The notes below the pieces were generated by a model that worked only from the letters and a program-made list of their open reading frames with translations, was not told the DNA's origin and did not search any database. From Candidatus Brocadiia bacterium (GTDB lineage Bacteria; Planctomycetota; Brocadiia; SM23-32), in assembly GCA_046538485.1 (NCBI GenBank), contig JBKHIT010000008.1, positions 1 through 64,000 on the forward strand: DNA of 64,000 nucleotides. Reading direction: 5' to 3'. A program made the position numbers and the translations under genes. Shown in pieces: positions 51,911 through 61,923 of this stretch (its first letter is position 1; the number at the start of each line of letters is the position of its first letter).

Positions 51911-52617
51911 CCATCAGGAGTCTCGGGAACGTGGGAATAATCCTGCCCGGAGAAAAGGACTCGGCTCAACCGAGCACCATCCTCTCGGTTGATCACGTAG
52001 AGCTCGTAAGATCCTTTCTGCAATTCGATCCCGCTTTCACCGGCAAGTTCGAGCCAATGCCACCATTTCTTCGTCCCGTCGGTTACCATAAAGCTCTGTC
52101 CCTTTTCCTCTGTTTTTTCCCGGAGTGAGAAATCGAAAGAATTCGCGCAGGAATCTTCCCACCAGACTCTAACCCAGGGGTAATACGTCCCGGATTCTTC
52201 GACTTCAAAGGTGTATTTCGCTTTGTGAACCGCAGGATCATCACCTTCGCCGCATGTGTTGTCTTTGACATAGACAAATTCCACCGTGGCCTGCGTCCCC
52301 TCCGGGGTAAGTTCGTCCTTATTATCGTCCGCTTTCGCGATTTCCATTTTCCCGTGGAGGGATTCGGCATCGGCCGCCTTGATAAGAATTCTGGAAGACG
52401 GCTGGAATTGATCCCATCCTGAGAGATCCGGGGCGTCGCTGTTATTTTTTTCCCCGGGAGCGTTCTCATTGCCAGAAAGATCTGCCACCGCATTACCCCC
52501 GTTCCTGTCAGTACTCGGGCCCCCTGTGAAAGCCAGCACAAACACCACAATAATAACAGCAACAATCCCCCCAAGGGTGACCGGTGAAAAACTCTTATTA
52601 TTTCCTCGCTCGGACAT
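51907..52617 (-). CDS. Membrane-anchored protein with a carbohydrate-binding-module-like domain
   Basis: Start MSER at 52617, then a TM helix, an acidic linker and W.RV.W...C.NS...REDG. Confidence 0.7.
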   Translation of the reverse strand: MSERGNNKSFSPVTLGGIVAVIIVVFVLAFTGGPSTDRNGGNAVADLSGNENAPGEKNNSDAPDLSGWDQFQPSSRILIKAADAESLHGKMEIAKADDNKDELTPEGTQATVEFVYVKDNTCGEGDDPAVHKAKYTFEVEESGTYYPWVRVWWEDSCANSFDFSLREKTEEKGQSFMVTDGTKKWWHWLELAGESGIELQKGSYELYVINREDGARLSRVLFSGQDYSHVPETPDG

Positions 52618-52879
52618 CTCAACATCTCCCGGCGTTCTGTGGATCCAGCATGAATTCAGAAAATAAACTCCCCCGAGATTCGGCATCCAATCTATAATAA
52701 TGTTACCAGACCCACCAGCAGGGGGCAAACGCCGTCCTGCAAGCAAGAACGCCGCGTATCTACACATTCATGGTATTTCTTTGATGAGGAAACTATCAGC
52801 CGCCATAGTCCTCACTTACCCACATGCCGAGGGCCCCGCGGCGTAAAAAATGGCCTCTGGGAGAGATGAAGGCAGACGA

Positions 52880-53647
52880 TCACCAGTAAATCCCATAGGA
52901 CGTACCCGCGCCAAAGCGGAACCGTAGTTGTACCTCGGAGTGGTTCTTCCACTCGGCGTGAAGATCGGCGTAGAGGTAATTCGCCCCCAGGTCCTTCCTG
53001 TGCATCGGCAGGCGTCCGGCGAACCAAAAACGGTTCAGGTACGGGGTCGGACAACGGTACGTGCCGTTCTTATCCGGCGGCACAGAATAACCATCGTAAG
53101 CAATCGGTTGTTGTGTCGCCCGTTCAATGAAAGCCCCACCGAAGGTATCCCCCAGCATCCTGAAACTCGGAAGCGGACGCGCCGCTCCCCCCCGCATGCG
53201 CCACCCGTAGAACTCCGCGCTCATCCCGTGGTCGGGACCGTGTCCCAGAATGGTATAGTAAGATGACATCACCGCACCGTTCCCCCGGAGCCCTCCTATG
53301 GGGTCCCCCATATCATTGCTCGCAGTGTGGGTCGGCTCGGTATCCGTCGGGCACCGGAATACCTCATCACTGCTGAAATAGCTGTCAAGGGGCTGATAGC
53401 TGGTGGGAGAATTGCAGCTGCGGTATCCGGCCGGCGCCTGGACGGGGTTCGCAAGGTACGGCCCCCAGCTATTATAATCGTCAGAATATGCCATCTGCCC
53501 CAGGCCCATCTGGTGAAGGTTGCTGAGGCATGCGGCGCGATATGCACTCCGACGCGCCTTCTCAAGGGCCGGCATAAGGAGCGCCGCCAATATAGCTATA
53601 ATGGCAATAACCACCAACAACTCGATCAGAGTGAAACCTCGCGTCAT
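52880..53647 (-). CDS. Prepilin-type N-terminal methylation / H-X9-DG-like protein
   Basis: [23 protein letters not shown] and a C-terminal H.....[18 protein letters not shown]. Confidence 0.85.
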   Translation of the reverse strand: MTRGFTLIELLVVIAIIAILAALLMPALEKARRSAYRAACLSNLHQMGLGQMAYSDDYNSWGPYLANPVQAPAGYRSCNSPTSYQPLDSYFSSDEVFRCPTDTEPTHTASNDMGDPIGGLRGNGAVMSSYYTILGHGPDHGMSAEFYGWRMRGGAARPLPSFRMLGDTFGGAFIERATQQPIAYDGYSVPPDKNGTYRCPTPYLNRFWFAGRLPMHRKDLGANYLYADLHAEWKNHSEVQLRFRFGAGTSYGIYW

Positions 53648-53791
53648 CGCGTTCCTCCCAATACCCTCCCTGCTATGCAACATATTGTCCGCCCGTGTGC
53701 CGAACCCGCAGAACACGGCTTCCAGTACCAGAGATACCCCTCCCAAAAGCGTCTATTTCGCGTAATCAAGTCCTGCCTCGGGATGATCATC

Positions 53792-53882
53792 ATGATGCAC
53801 AGTCCCTTCGAATTTGTCAAACGTTCTTTTTCCTTACCACAGGGCAAAAGGCTTTGAAAATGCACTCAAACACCCATATTAT
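53792..53882. promoter_or_regulatory. Divergent sigma70 promoter pair
   Basis: Minus strand TTGACA-N17-CATCAT (53820-53792) overlaps the palindrome CATCATGATG. Plus strand TTGAAA-N17-TATTAT (53854-53882). Confidence 0.5.
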
Positions 53883-53934
53883 ACGGTAGGAGTTACCGTG
53901 CATTTACCTCAACGATCGAACTGGAGGAAGCACC

Positions 53935-55890
53935 GTGCAATATGACATTCTTGGTAAAACCGAATTGAAGGTCTCGCGACTCGGTTTCGGATGTATGCGC
54001 CTGCCAATGAAAGACAAAACCGAAGTCGATCGAGAAAAAGCAATCCCTATGCTCCATCGAGCCCGGGAACTGGGCATTAATCTGTTCGATACCGCCGTCG
54101 GTTACTGCGCCGGGGATAGCCAGAGGACAGTCGGCGAAGCGTTCGAAAATGTTCGCGATAAAATCGTCCTCTCAACAAAAAACCACCACTACGATAAAAA
54201 CGATAAAGACGGTTGGTGGAAACACCTGGAAAATAGCCTTGAAAGACTCAGAACCGACCACATCGACATCTATAACCACCACGGCATAAGTTACAACCGG
54301 TATCAGGAAAGCGTCGCAGGTGACGACGGGCTCTACCAGGAGATGCTCAAGGCGAAAGAACAGGGACTCATCCGGCATATCTGTTTCTCATTTCATGGCC
54401 CCAACGACCAACTTATGAAACTGGTGGATACGGGCCGCTTCGATACCGTCATCTGCCAGTACAATCTGCTGGATCGACACCTCGAAGACGCCATCGCCCA
54501 CGCTTCCGAAAGCGGAATGGGCGTTCTGATCATGGGACCCGTCGGCGGCGGGCGTCTGGGTTACCCGAGCGATAAAGCCGCCAGTCTCGTCGGCGAGGTT
54601 AAAAGCACCCCGGACCTCGCACTGCGGTTCGTGCTCTCAAACGAAAATGTCAACGTGGCACTGTCGGGTATGTCGAATATGCAGATGCTCGAAGAGAATG
54701 TCGAGACGGTCTCCTCCGCCGAACAACTGAGCGAAAAAGACCACCAGCAAATCAAAGAAGCGATCGAAGAGCGAAAAAAACTGGCCGGCCTCTACTGCAC
54801 CGGTTGCAATTACTGCATGCCCTGCCCCGCCGGTGTCGATATCCCCGCAAATTTCGAAATCCTGAATCTCGAACGGGTCTTCGGACTGACCGATCACGCA
54901 AAGAAAAAATATCAAAATCTTGAGGGAAAAGCCGCTTACTGCATGCAATGCGGACAGTGCCTGGAGGAATGCCCCCAGGACATCAATATCCCGCAACGCC
55001 TGGGAGAAGCGGTTAAAACCCTCGATCCGCGTGCCGGTCGCCTGGGAGGCTGGAGTTACCTCCGCTCCGCAGAACGCACCGAGGAGACCACAAACCTTCA
55101 AATTCGATACGTTTTGAAGAATTTCGCCGATGAGACTCGGAACGCGGATCTGCAGTTCCAGCCGCACGGCGAAGACCGGGTCCAACCACAAAAACTTACC
55201 GTGGAAGAACTGAAACCCTACCACCGCAAAAAAATCGACCTCGAACTGTTACAACCGCGAAACGTTTCTTCTTACAATCTGGATGCTGTTGTCAGCTGGG
55301 ATGGCGAAATAACGACGGAGCATCTATCCGAAATGGTGATCTGTGCATCCAGAACCGAAGGATTTGAACTCAAAGCAGGTGAAATCGAAGGCCCGGCCGT
55401 GCATGTCCCCGCCCCCACCCATCCTATCCATAGCGCCGACTACACGCCTGAGACGACGTTTGATTTCGGCGTGTGTTACGACGAGCAAAACCTTTATATT
55501 GGGGTTGATGTCGACGCCGCCGATGAGGAAGAGGATATCGGGGCGGTGATGGTGTATCTCGATACGCGGAAACCGGAGGAACTGTGTCGCGGTTCCTACG
55601 AGGAAGGCGTCACGAAAATCGCGCTCCACCCGCCGGCGGAGACGGAAAAGGCAGGGGCTGAGACCGATCTGGACCTGGGATTGGATCATGTGGCGACCGA
55701 CAGGGGTTACGCGTTCGCCTGTGCGATTCCCTGGGAAGAATTGTGTCAGGATGACGATAGTCCGTCCGTGGCCGGATTCGATATCGGGTTGCGCTGTCAG
55801 GTCGGGGGAAAAAAGGTGCTTCTCAACTGGACGGGACGCCCGGGCGGCGACAAAGATCCATCCGCTTTCGGGAAGCTCGCGATGGTGTAA
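53935..55890 (+). CDS. Aldo/keto reductase with Fe-S motifs and a C-terminal sugar-binding-like extension
   Basis: LGFGCMRLP, FDTAVGY, CTGCNYCMPCP and CMQCGQCLEECP, followed by ~280 extra aa. Confidence 0.88.
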   Translation: MQYDILGKTELKVSRLGFGCMRLPMKDKTEVDREKAIPMLHRARELGINLFDTAVGYCAGDSQRTVGEAFENVRDKIVLSTKNHHYDKNDKDGWWKHLENSLERLRTDHIDIYNHHGISYNRYQESVAGDDGLYQEMLKAKEQGLIRHICFSFHGPNDQLMKLVDTGRFDTVICQYNLLDRHLEDAIAHASESGMGVLIMGPVGGGRLGYPSDKAASLVGEVKSTPDLALRFVLSNENVNVALSGMSNMQMLEENVETVSSAEQLSEKDHQQIKEAIEERKKLAGLYCTGCNYCMPCPAGVDIPANFEILNLERVFGLTDHAKKKYQNLEGKAAYCMQCGQCLEECPQDINIPQRLGEAVKTLDPRAGRLGGWSYLRSAERTEETTNLQIRYVLKNFADETRNADLQFQPHGEDRVQPQKLTVEELKPYHRKKIDLELLQPRNVSSYNLDAVVSWDGEITTEHLSEMVICASRTEGFELKAGEIEGPAVHVPAPTHPIHSADYTPETTFDFGVCYDEQNLYIGVDVDAADEEEDIGAVMVYLDTRKPEELCRGSYEEGVTKIALHPPAETEKAGAETDLDLGLDHVATDRGYAFACAIPWEELCQDDDSPSVAGFDIGLRCQVGGKKVLLNWTGRPGGDKDPSAFGKLAMV

Positions 55891-56092
55891 CGGAGTCTGC
55901 TGGTTTCGGATCACGCATCGGTCCGAAAACCCGGCAGTGAGTTCTGGGGAACGTCCAATCCCAAACCGGCAGCCCGTCGCGCACGCGGAGTTTGAGGATC
56001 TGCCCGAAATGCACCCTGTGTGCCAGCCTGAGGAAACGCCGGCACGGCGCCGGCAGATCCGATGCCCTTATCTGTTTGTTTGCTTCTGCCAT
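55823..56092 (-). pseudogene. Truncated small hypothetical gene of a type I associate with planctomycete integrative elements
   Basis: RRFLRLAHRVHFGQILKLRVRDGLPV. The frame runs into the convergent AKR gene end. Family resemblance is from memory only. Confidence 0.4.
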
Positions 56093-56139
56093 GTTCCTGG
56101 TTCCACGTCGGACCATTGTAGCCCTCCGGTCCTCCTTCC

Positions 56140-56601
56140 TGAGAAAAAGAAAAGGCCCGCCTCCCTGCGGCCTTGCGGCCCGGGAGCGGACCCTAATTCG
56201 CGGATTTTGGCGGTAAAGGTATCTCTACCCTTTAGCCCGCTTTTCTCAAGCGGCGCCAGTGCTGCAGCTGCGCGGAAGCCAAGCGCAGGAGTATTTTCAT
56301 ACTTCAAGCGCAGGCTGACAAAGAAGATGCAGTGCTGGCGCCGTTCCCGAAGGGCGAACCGGCGTTTTCAGATTCAGAATACACCGTGTGTGCTGAGATC
56401 AGCCACTCAATGCAGTGTAACGTTTGTCTGTCGTGTCGTTTAGAATAATACTGCTTTTAGCTTCGTGAGAAATGCGGGGTAGAAAACACATTTTCAGCGC
56501 CGTCCGGGCGCCGTAGCGTTAGCTGCCTCCTTTCAGGCTCCTGTCTTCTGGCGAAAATGCGTGCCTCCGGACCTAACTGGCCCGGCCGTCATTGTTGATG
56601 C
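56140..56601 (-). ncRNA. Candidate large structured RNA or leader
   Basis: Lies between a consensus promoter and a terminator, with stems capped by UUCG, GAAA, GAGA and GCAA loops. Confidence 0.4.
56144..56192 (-). terminator. Intrinsic terminator
   Basis: GGTCCGCTCCC..GGCC-GCAA-GGCC..GGGAGGCGGGCC followed by TTTTCTTTTT. Confidence 0.7.
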
Positions 56602-56607
56602 GCGACG

Positions 56608-56636
56608 ATATTAGCTGTTCATGTGTATAGTGTCAA
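56608..56636 (-). promoter_or_regulatory. Near-consensus sigma70 promoter
   Basis: TTGACA-N17-TAATAT. Confidence 0.65.
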
Positions 56637-56881
56637 GTCTTTTTTGACGGGAGATCAGGTTTTTTTTGAGGAACTTGTTTGTAGTTAATGCTTTGCGGAG
56701 GACAAAAATATTGCTTTTATTTGCGATCAGGAATCGGCGGATTCGTGACATGAACTGTTCACCGCATTATTTGCCTCTCACAACGTCCTACGGCCCGCAG
56801 ATCCAGCACGAAAAATTCCGGGTGGGTAGAGAGGACATTTTGACAGGAAATTGAACATTTCATGCCATGAGGGGGAGACCT

Positions 56882-57544
56882 CTATCGGGCAATCTCAACG
56901 ACAAGACCGGGTGGAAGTTCCTCCGCTTCACGGACTCGGCCATCGGGACCGATCAGGGTCACGCCCTTGTCGGCCACCCCGCTTCGCTTCATCTGCAGGG
57001 GATATCCTCCCCCCACGGCGTTGCTGCCGACATTCCCGCTTATGATATGGCTCTCGGGGCCGAGATGGGTTTTCGTCTCACCGAAAAGCACAAAATCACT
57101 CAGCGGCAGTTTCTTCTGCACCTTGCCCCCGGTGATTTCGTTCATATCATTCACCGTCAGGGGCAGACGCTGGCCGTCTATGGTGGTGGCCTGCCAGTTG
57201 CCCACAGAATCCAGCTCCCAGCTTTGGCTGGCGACCGGATCCGGGATCTCGGTCTTATCGGCGCTCAGCTCCCCGCGTTTCCAGGTGGTAAGCCGGTCCA
57301 GCTCGTCGTAGCGGTAGAGCTCGCTACCCTGCGGGTCTCTCAGGTCCTCCTGGTAGAGCTTATTCCCCATCTCATCGTACCCGTAAGCGAAACCGACGAT
57401 CAGAGTGCTATCTCTATTGTACCGTCGCTCGGTGATCCTGCCAAGTCCGTCGCGGGTGTTTGAGAGGGTGACGCCGTTGCCGAAAGTTCCCCCGTCGAGC
57501 AGGTTGCGGGAGTCGTAGCCCCTGAATCCCTTAGTGGTCCCATT
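56882..57544 (-). pseudogene. RHS/YD-repeat gene fragment fused to an unrelated tail
   Basis: The open frame GYDSRNLL..FGNGV..RDGLGRI..YGYDEMGNK..YRYDELDRL..LDSVGNW..NDMNEI has no RHS N-terminus and no DPxG/toxin end. Confidence 0.8.
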
Positions 57545-57689
57545 TCACCCACAAAATGGGTCGTTTGAGTCATATATAAGGGCTACTTTTGTCATAACCA
57601 CTGCCTCGACAGCAACTTCGGTTGGTTCGACCCGGATGCGCTCCCACCGGATGCGCTCCCGGGTATAATCTCCTCTCCGGAAGTTAGCA

Positions 57690-58163
57690 CTATTTCAACA
57701 GGATATTGCTGCCCCGCATGACCCGCTCGCAGTAGGTACATCGGAGAGCGGGTGGGGTCTCTTCGATGACCTCGAAACGTGTCATTACACCTTCTTGATT
57801 GGTAATACAGCGTGGGTTCTGGCATTTCACGACACGTTCGATTTTGTCAGGGAGATGGACTTTAGATTTTTCCACCACTTCGAAATTGCTGATAATGTTG
57901 AGGGTCGCGTTGGGGGCGGCGACGGCGATTTTATTAACTTCATCGGGGGTTAGCTCGCGGTTTTCGATCTTGATGATGCCTTTATGGCCCAGTTTCTCGC
58001 TTTCCAGGTTCATCGCCACCAGCACAATATTATCTTCATCTCCCACTTTCAGCAGTTTGGCCACCTTGAAAGTCGCTTCGCTGTTGATGTGATCGATGAC
58101 GGTCCCGTGCCGAATTGCCGAGACGTTCATTTCGGGTCTTTTGTTTTGCTCATTCATTTTCAT
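57690..58163 (-). CDS. pyrI: Aspartate carbamoyltransferase regulatory subunit
   Basis: VSAIRHGTVIDHI, CQNPRCIT and CTYCE. Confidence 0.96.
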   Translation of the reverse strand: MKMNEQNKRPEMNVSAIRHGTVIDHINSEATFKVAKLLKVGDEDNIVLVAMNLESEKLGHKGIIKIENRELTPDEVNKIAVAAPNATLNIISNFEVVEKSKVHLPDKIERVVKCQNPRCITNQEGVMTRFEVIEETPPALRCTYCERVMRGSNILLK

Positions 58164-59080
58164 ACCTTCCCGAGAGCCATGGCCAGAAGCGCCTGTCGGA
58201 TGGGGATACCATTTTTGGCCTGTTCGAAATAGACTGCGTAAGGCGTTTCGTCAACATCCTCCGCCAGCTCATCGACTCTTGGCAACGGATGCATTATTTT
58301 CAGCTCATCTTTCACGCCGCATTCTTCCAGCAGATTTCTATCGATGCGGTAGCTGCTTTTGACCTGTTCGTATTCCAGCCGGTCGGCGAACCGTTCTTCC
58401 TGGATGCGTGTGCAGTACAAAATGTCGAGTTCGGAGATAATTTCCGGCAATTCGCCGAATTCTTCGTAATTGATTTTCTTTTTATCAAGCTCATCCAGCA
58501 TATGCCGCGGCACTTTGAGGCTTTCGGGGGAAATAAAGTACTGTTTCCCCTCAAAGTGCGAGAGTGCGTTTGAAAGTGAACGGACCGTCCGGCTATAACG
58601 CAAATCTCCCACGAATCCGACATTGAGCCCGTTCATTTTGTCGTGGACTTTTTGGATCGTGTACAGATCGAGGAAGGTCTGAGTGGGATGCTGGTTGGCC
58701 CCATCTCCTCCATTCAATACCGGGATACCGGCAATCTGTTCGGCGAGCCGTGCCGCGCCCTCCCATGGATGCCGGATAGCAAGGATGTCGCAGTATCCGC
58801 CGATCATCCGGATCGTATCCGCGAGCGATTCTCCTTTTTTAAAAGAACTTCGTTCCTTGTCACCAAAATCCAGAACCGAACCGCCCAGTTGCATCATGGC
58901 CGAGGCAAAGCTCAGCCGGGTTCGGGTGGACGGTTCCACGAACATAATCCCCAGGACATAGCCGTCGAGCAGGTGGATCTGGGGTTTGCGCTCCATTTCA
59001 CTGGCCGTATGGAGCACGGACATAATGGCATCGCGGTCAAAATCCCTGATGCTGATCACGTTCTTGAAACCGTTACTCAT
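58160..59080 (-). CDS. pyrB: Aspartate carbamoyltransferase catalytic subunit
   Basis: EPSTRTRLSF, KGESLADT, QHPTQ and MHPLPR. Confidence 0.97.
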   Translation of the reverse strand: MSNGFKNVISIRDFDRDAIMSVLHTASEMERKPQIHLLDGYVLGIMFVEPSTRTRLSFASAMMQLGGSVLDFGDKERSSFKKGESLADTIRMIGGYCDILAIRHPWEGAARLAEQIAGIPVLNGGDGANQHPTQTFLDLYTIQKVHDKMNGLNVGFVGDLRYSRTVRSLSNALSHFEGKQYFISPESLKVPRHMLDELDKKKINYEEFGELPEIISELDILYCTRIQEERFADRLEYEQVKSSYRIDRNLLEECGVKDELKIMHPLPRVDELAEDVDETPYAVYFEQAKNGIPIRQALLAMALGKV

Positions 59081-59317
59081 GGCCCGTCCGCCTATCAGTT
59101 ATCAGTCTTATTTCGCTTCTATCTCAATTAACGAGCATCGGAGTGTACGCTTTTCACACTGAATTATAATTTGCTCGCCCGGCATTGCAAATGAGGGGCA
59201 AAATATACTCGTTTCGGCGCGGCGGAGGGAGCCGGAAGCCCGGTCGCTCGCTTGCGAAAATGCGCCTGTAGCCCGTATCCTGTCTTTTTGATAATACCAA
59301 CGGAGGCGGAAAAAAGT

Positions 59318-60376
59318 ATGTGCTTCGAACGATTCAACAACAACCCGATTATCACTCGAGCAGATCTGCAGGTTTCCCGAGATGGATTTGAGATATTCGG
59401 CGTCTTCAACTGCGGCGCGGTCAAAGTCGGCGGAGAATATTTGCTGCTCCTGCGGGTCGCTGAACGTCCAACCCCGGAGCGTGACTGGCTGAACATCCCC
59501 CTGTTGAATGAGACCTGCGACGATCTCAAAATACGAAGGATACGCGCCAACGCCCCCGGTATCGACGCAACCGACAGCCGGGTGGTGCGACTCGCAAATG
59601 GGCGGATTCTTCTGACGTCGATTTCCCATTTTCGGCTTGCCCGGAGCAAAGATGGGCGCACGTTCTCGGTCGATGAAAAGCCCGCCATGTTCCCTTCAAC
59701 CGAATACGAACGTTACGGTATTGAGGATCCGCGTATTACATATCTCGATGGCCAGTACTGGATAAGTTACAGCGCGATTTCTCCCCAGGGGGTCGCCACT
59801 GCTTTCGCTTCGACTACCGACTGGCGCAGTTTTAAGCGCCATGGAATCGTCTTCGCGCCCACCGATAAGGATGTGTGCCTTTTCCCGGAAAAGGTAGACG
59901 GACACTACGTGTGCCGACACCGACCCTGGGCGGAAGGAATCGGAGCCCCGGCTATCTGGACGGCCTACTCATCCGACCTGCAAAACTGGGGGGGACACAG
60001 TTTCACGATGGGACCACGGGAAAACCACTGGGACGAAGAACGTGTGGGGTGCGGAGCTCCCCCAATCCACACAGATGAGGGATGGCTCGAAATTTACCAC
60101 GGCGCTAATATCGCCGGTCGATACTGCCTGGGGGCAATGCTATCGGAAATCACTCAACCGGCACGCGTGATCGGGCAAAGTGAGAATCCCGTCCTGGAAC
60201 CCACCGCTGAATATGAAACTCACGGCGTTTATTCTCCGTGCGTTTTCTCAAATGGAGCGATCGAGGAAAAAGACGGGACATTGCTTCTCTATTACGGCGC
60301 CGCCGATACGGTGACAGCCGGGGCATCGGCCACTATTGACGACCTGCTTAACACAATCGAGCGAAACGGCTTTTAA
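59318..60376 (+). CDS. GH130 family glycoside phosphorylase/hydrolase
   Basis: NPII, VFNCG, GIEDPRIT, DKDVCLFP, GWLEIYHG and YYGAAD. ATG at 59318. Confidence 0.9.
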   Translation: MCFERFNNNPIITRADLQVSRDGFEIFGVFNCGAVKVGGEYLLLLRVAERPTPERDWLNIPLLNETCDDLKIRRIRANAPGIDATDSRVVRLANGRILLTSISHFRLARSKDGRTFSVDEKPAMFPSTEYERYGIEDPRITYLDGQYWISYSAISPQGVATAFASTTDWRSFKRHGIVFAPTDKDVCLFPEKVDGHYVCRHRPWAEGIGAPAIWTAYSSDLQNWGGHSFTMGPRENHWDEERVGCGAPPIHTDEGWLEIYHGANIAGRYCLGAMLSEITQPARVIGQSENPVLEPTAEYETHGVYSPCVFSNGAIEEKDGTLLLYYGAADTVTAGASATIDDLLNTIERNGF

Positions 60377-60378
60377 CC

Positions 60379-61923
60379 GTGCATAGATCTCGCAACATAT
60401 TTCTTCACGTTCTTTCGATGGGCTCTGGGCAGCGTTGGCCTCGATGGTGGAAAACCTGGCGCTGGACCCTAAAAAGACGGAGCCTGCTGATGCTTTTTGC
60501 CATTTTCGGGTTCGTCTACCCCGCGCTGATTCCCTGTCAGGGGGCCGAATCGAAAGCCAAAACCATCTGTATAGAAGCGGAACACGCCAATTCGCTCCGT
60601 TACCCATTCGTCGTGGCTCGATTCGATAAAGCCTCCGGGAAACTGGGCCTGGCAATTCCTGAGGGAGCTGGCAGCATGGAATCTTTCGGGGGAGCACGCA
60701 TTGCTGCAACTTACAATGTAAAATTGCCTGGACCCGGGAAATGGAGGGCGTGGTTGCGAGTAAAATGGCATGGTATCTGTAGCAATTCGATTTTTTTTGG
60801 CGTCGGGGAAGGAAAACTCCGCAAAGTCGCAGGCGGGTCCGCCAGGAAATGGCAGTGGCTATCGGCCGGCAACTGGTCAATCAAGAAGCAAGATGTAGTT
60901 GTTCAGATTGTCGACCGTGAAGATGGGGTGGCCGTCGACCAGATTCTGTTTAGAAACAACCAGGCGCCGCCCGAGGAAATGGAAAAGCCCAATCTGATCC
61001 CCGGTTGTGGGACGGAAGATCTCCCGGCCCGCCTTTTTTTGGGAGTCGGCTCCGGCGGTCTGCCACCCACCGATTTCGCCCTGCACCACGGCCGGACCCA
61101 CCCGCTTCCGCTCAAACCTATACCTCGTTTTATTGTTCAGAAAGGCCGAACGACACGTTTGGCGGCGTGGCTTCGTAACAATCCATGTTCTTCCGATCAG
61201 TTCTCGGTTTCTCTCAGCACTACGGCGCCAGTAGAGATACAACCGGGCCAAAGACAAACATTTGCTTTAGCTCCCCAAAGACCGCTTCGAAAATTGGATT
61301 TCCGGATTCTCCCGACGAAACACACGGCCCGCCGGACCTACCGAATGGCCATCAGACTCCGGCATCCAAATGGCAAGATCGAAACCCATAAAGTGTTGCT
61401 TGAGCGGCCTTTTCAATGGCTGGTCACCAACGCCATAGCTTGTCCCGACTCTCTTGGGCTGGAAACCCCGAGTGGGATCGAGAATAAGCTCACCAACGGT
61501 TTCCCCGGACCCGCGGATGGCGTTAGCTGGCAGGTCGCCCCCTCTGAAAGCGTATCACGGTACGGTCTCCTCAACATGCGCAAGGCCGTCAAGAACAGCA
61601 CCTATGTCATGGCTTACGCCTACACCTGTGTGCGATCTCCAGAAGAGGGGACTTTTCTCTTTGAGGTGCGACACGATGACATGATCAGAGTCTGGCTGAA
61701 CGGGAAGAAGACATTCACAAGTCTTCAAAGCGCCCCTTCTTCGTTGACACGGAAATTAGTGAAAGTGCATTTAAATAAGGGCTTGAATCATATTCTGGTA
61801 AAAATCGCCCAAAAAAAGAATTACTGGGAATTTGGGCTCAGGATTCTTGATCTTAAAACGCTCCCGGCCCACGTGGAAGGCGTTCCGACCGAGAATCTGA
61901 TTGTCAAAAGCAAAAAACCATGA
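60379..61923 (+). CDS. Exported protein with CBM-like N-terminal and PA14-like C-terminal regions
   Basis: Signal-like segment, IEAE..W.RV.W...C.NS..REDG, and AYAYT..HDD..RVWLNG..L.KG.N.ILVK. Start uncertain. Confidence 0.7.
   Translation: MHRSRNIFLHVLSMGSGQRWPRWWKTWRWTLKRRSLLMLFAIFGFVYPALIPCQGAESKAKTICIEAEHANSLRYPFVVARFDKASGKLGLAIPEGAGSMESFGGARIAATYNVKLPGPGKWRAWLRVKWHGICSNSIFFGVGEGKLRKVAGGSARKWQWLSAGNWSIKKQDVVVQIVDREDGVAVDQILFRNNQAPPEEMEKPNLIPGCGTEDLPARLFLGVGSGGLPPTDFALHHGRTHPLPLKPIPRFIVQKGRTTRLAAWLRNNPCSSDQFSVSLSTTAPVEIQPGQRQTFALAPQRPLRKLDFRILPTKHTARRTYRMAIRLRHPNGKIETHKVLLERPFQWLVTNAIACPDSLGLETPSGIENKLTNGFPGPADGVSWQVAPSESVSRYGLLNMRKAVKNSTYVMAYAYTCVRSPEEGTFLFEVRHDDMIRVWLNGKKTFTSLQSAPSSLTRKLVKVHLNKGLNHILVKIAQKKNYWEFGLRILDLKTLPAHVEGVPTENLIVKSKKP

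Noticed and set aside
56186..56200. T-box riboswitch (AATTAGGGT..CCGC on the minus strand)
   Set aside because: It lacks the essential UGGN bulge and no amino-acid-related gene follows.
57590..57660. Complete tRNA gene
   Set aside because: No D-arm, anticodon arm or 5' acceptor strand, and the T-stem is mismatched.
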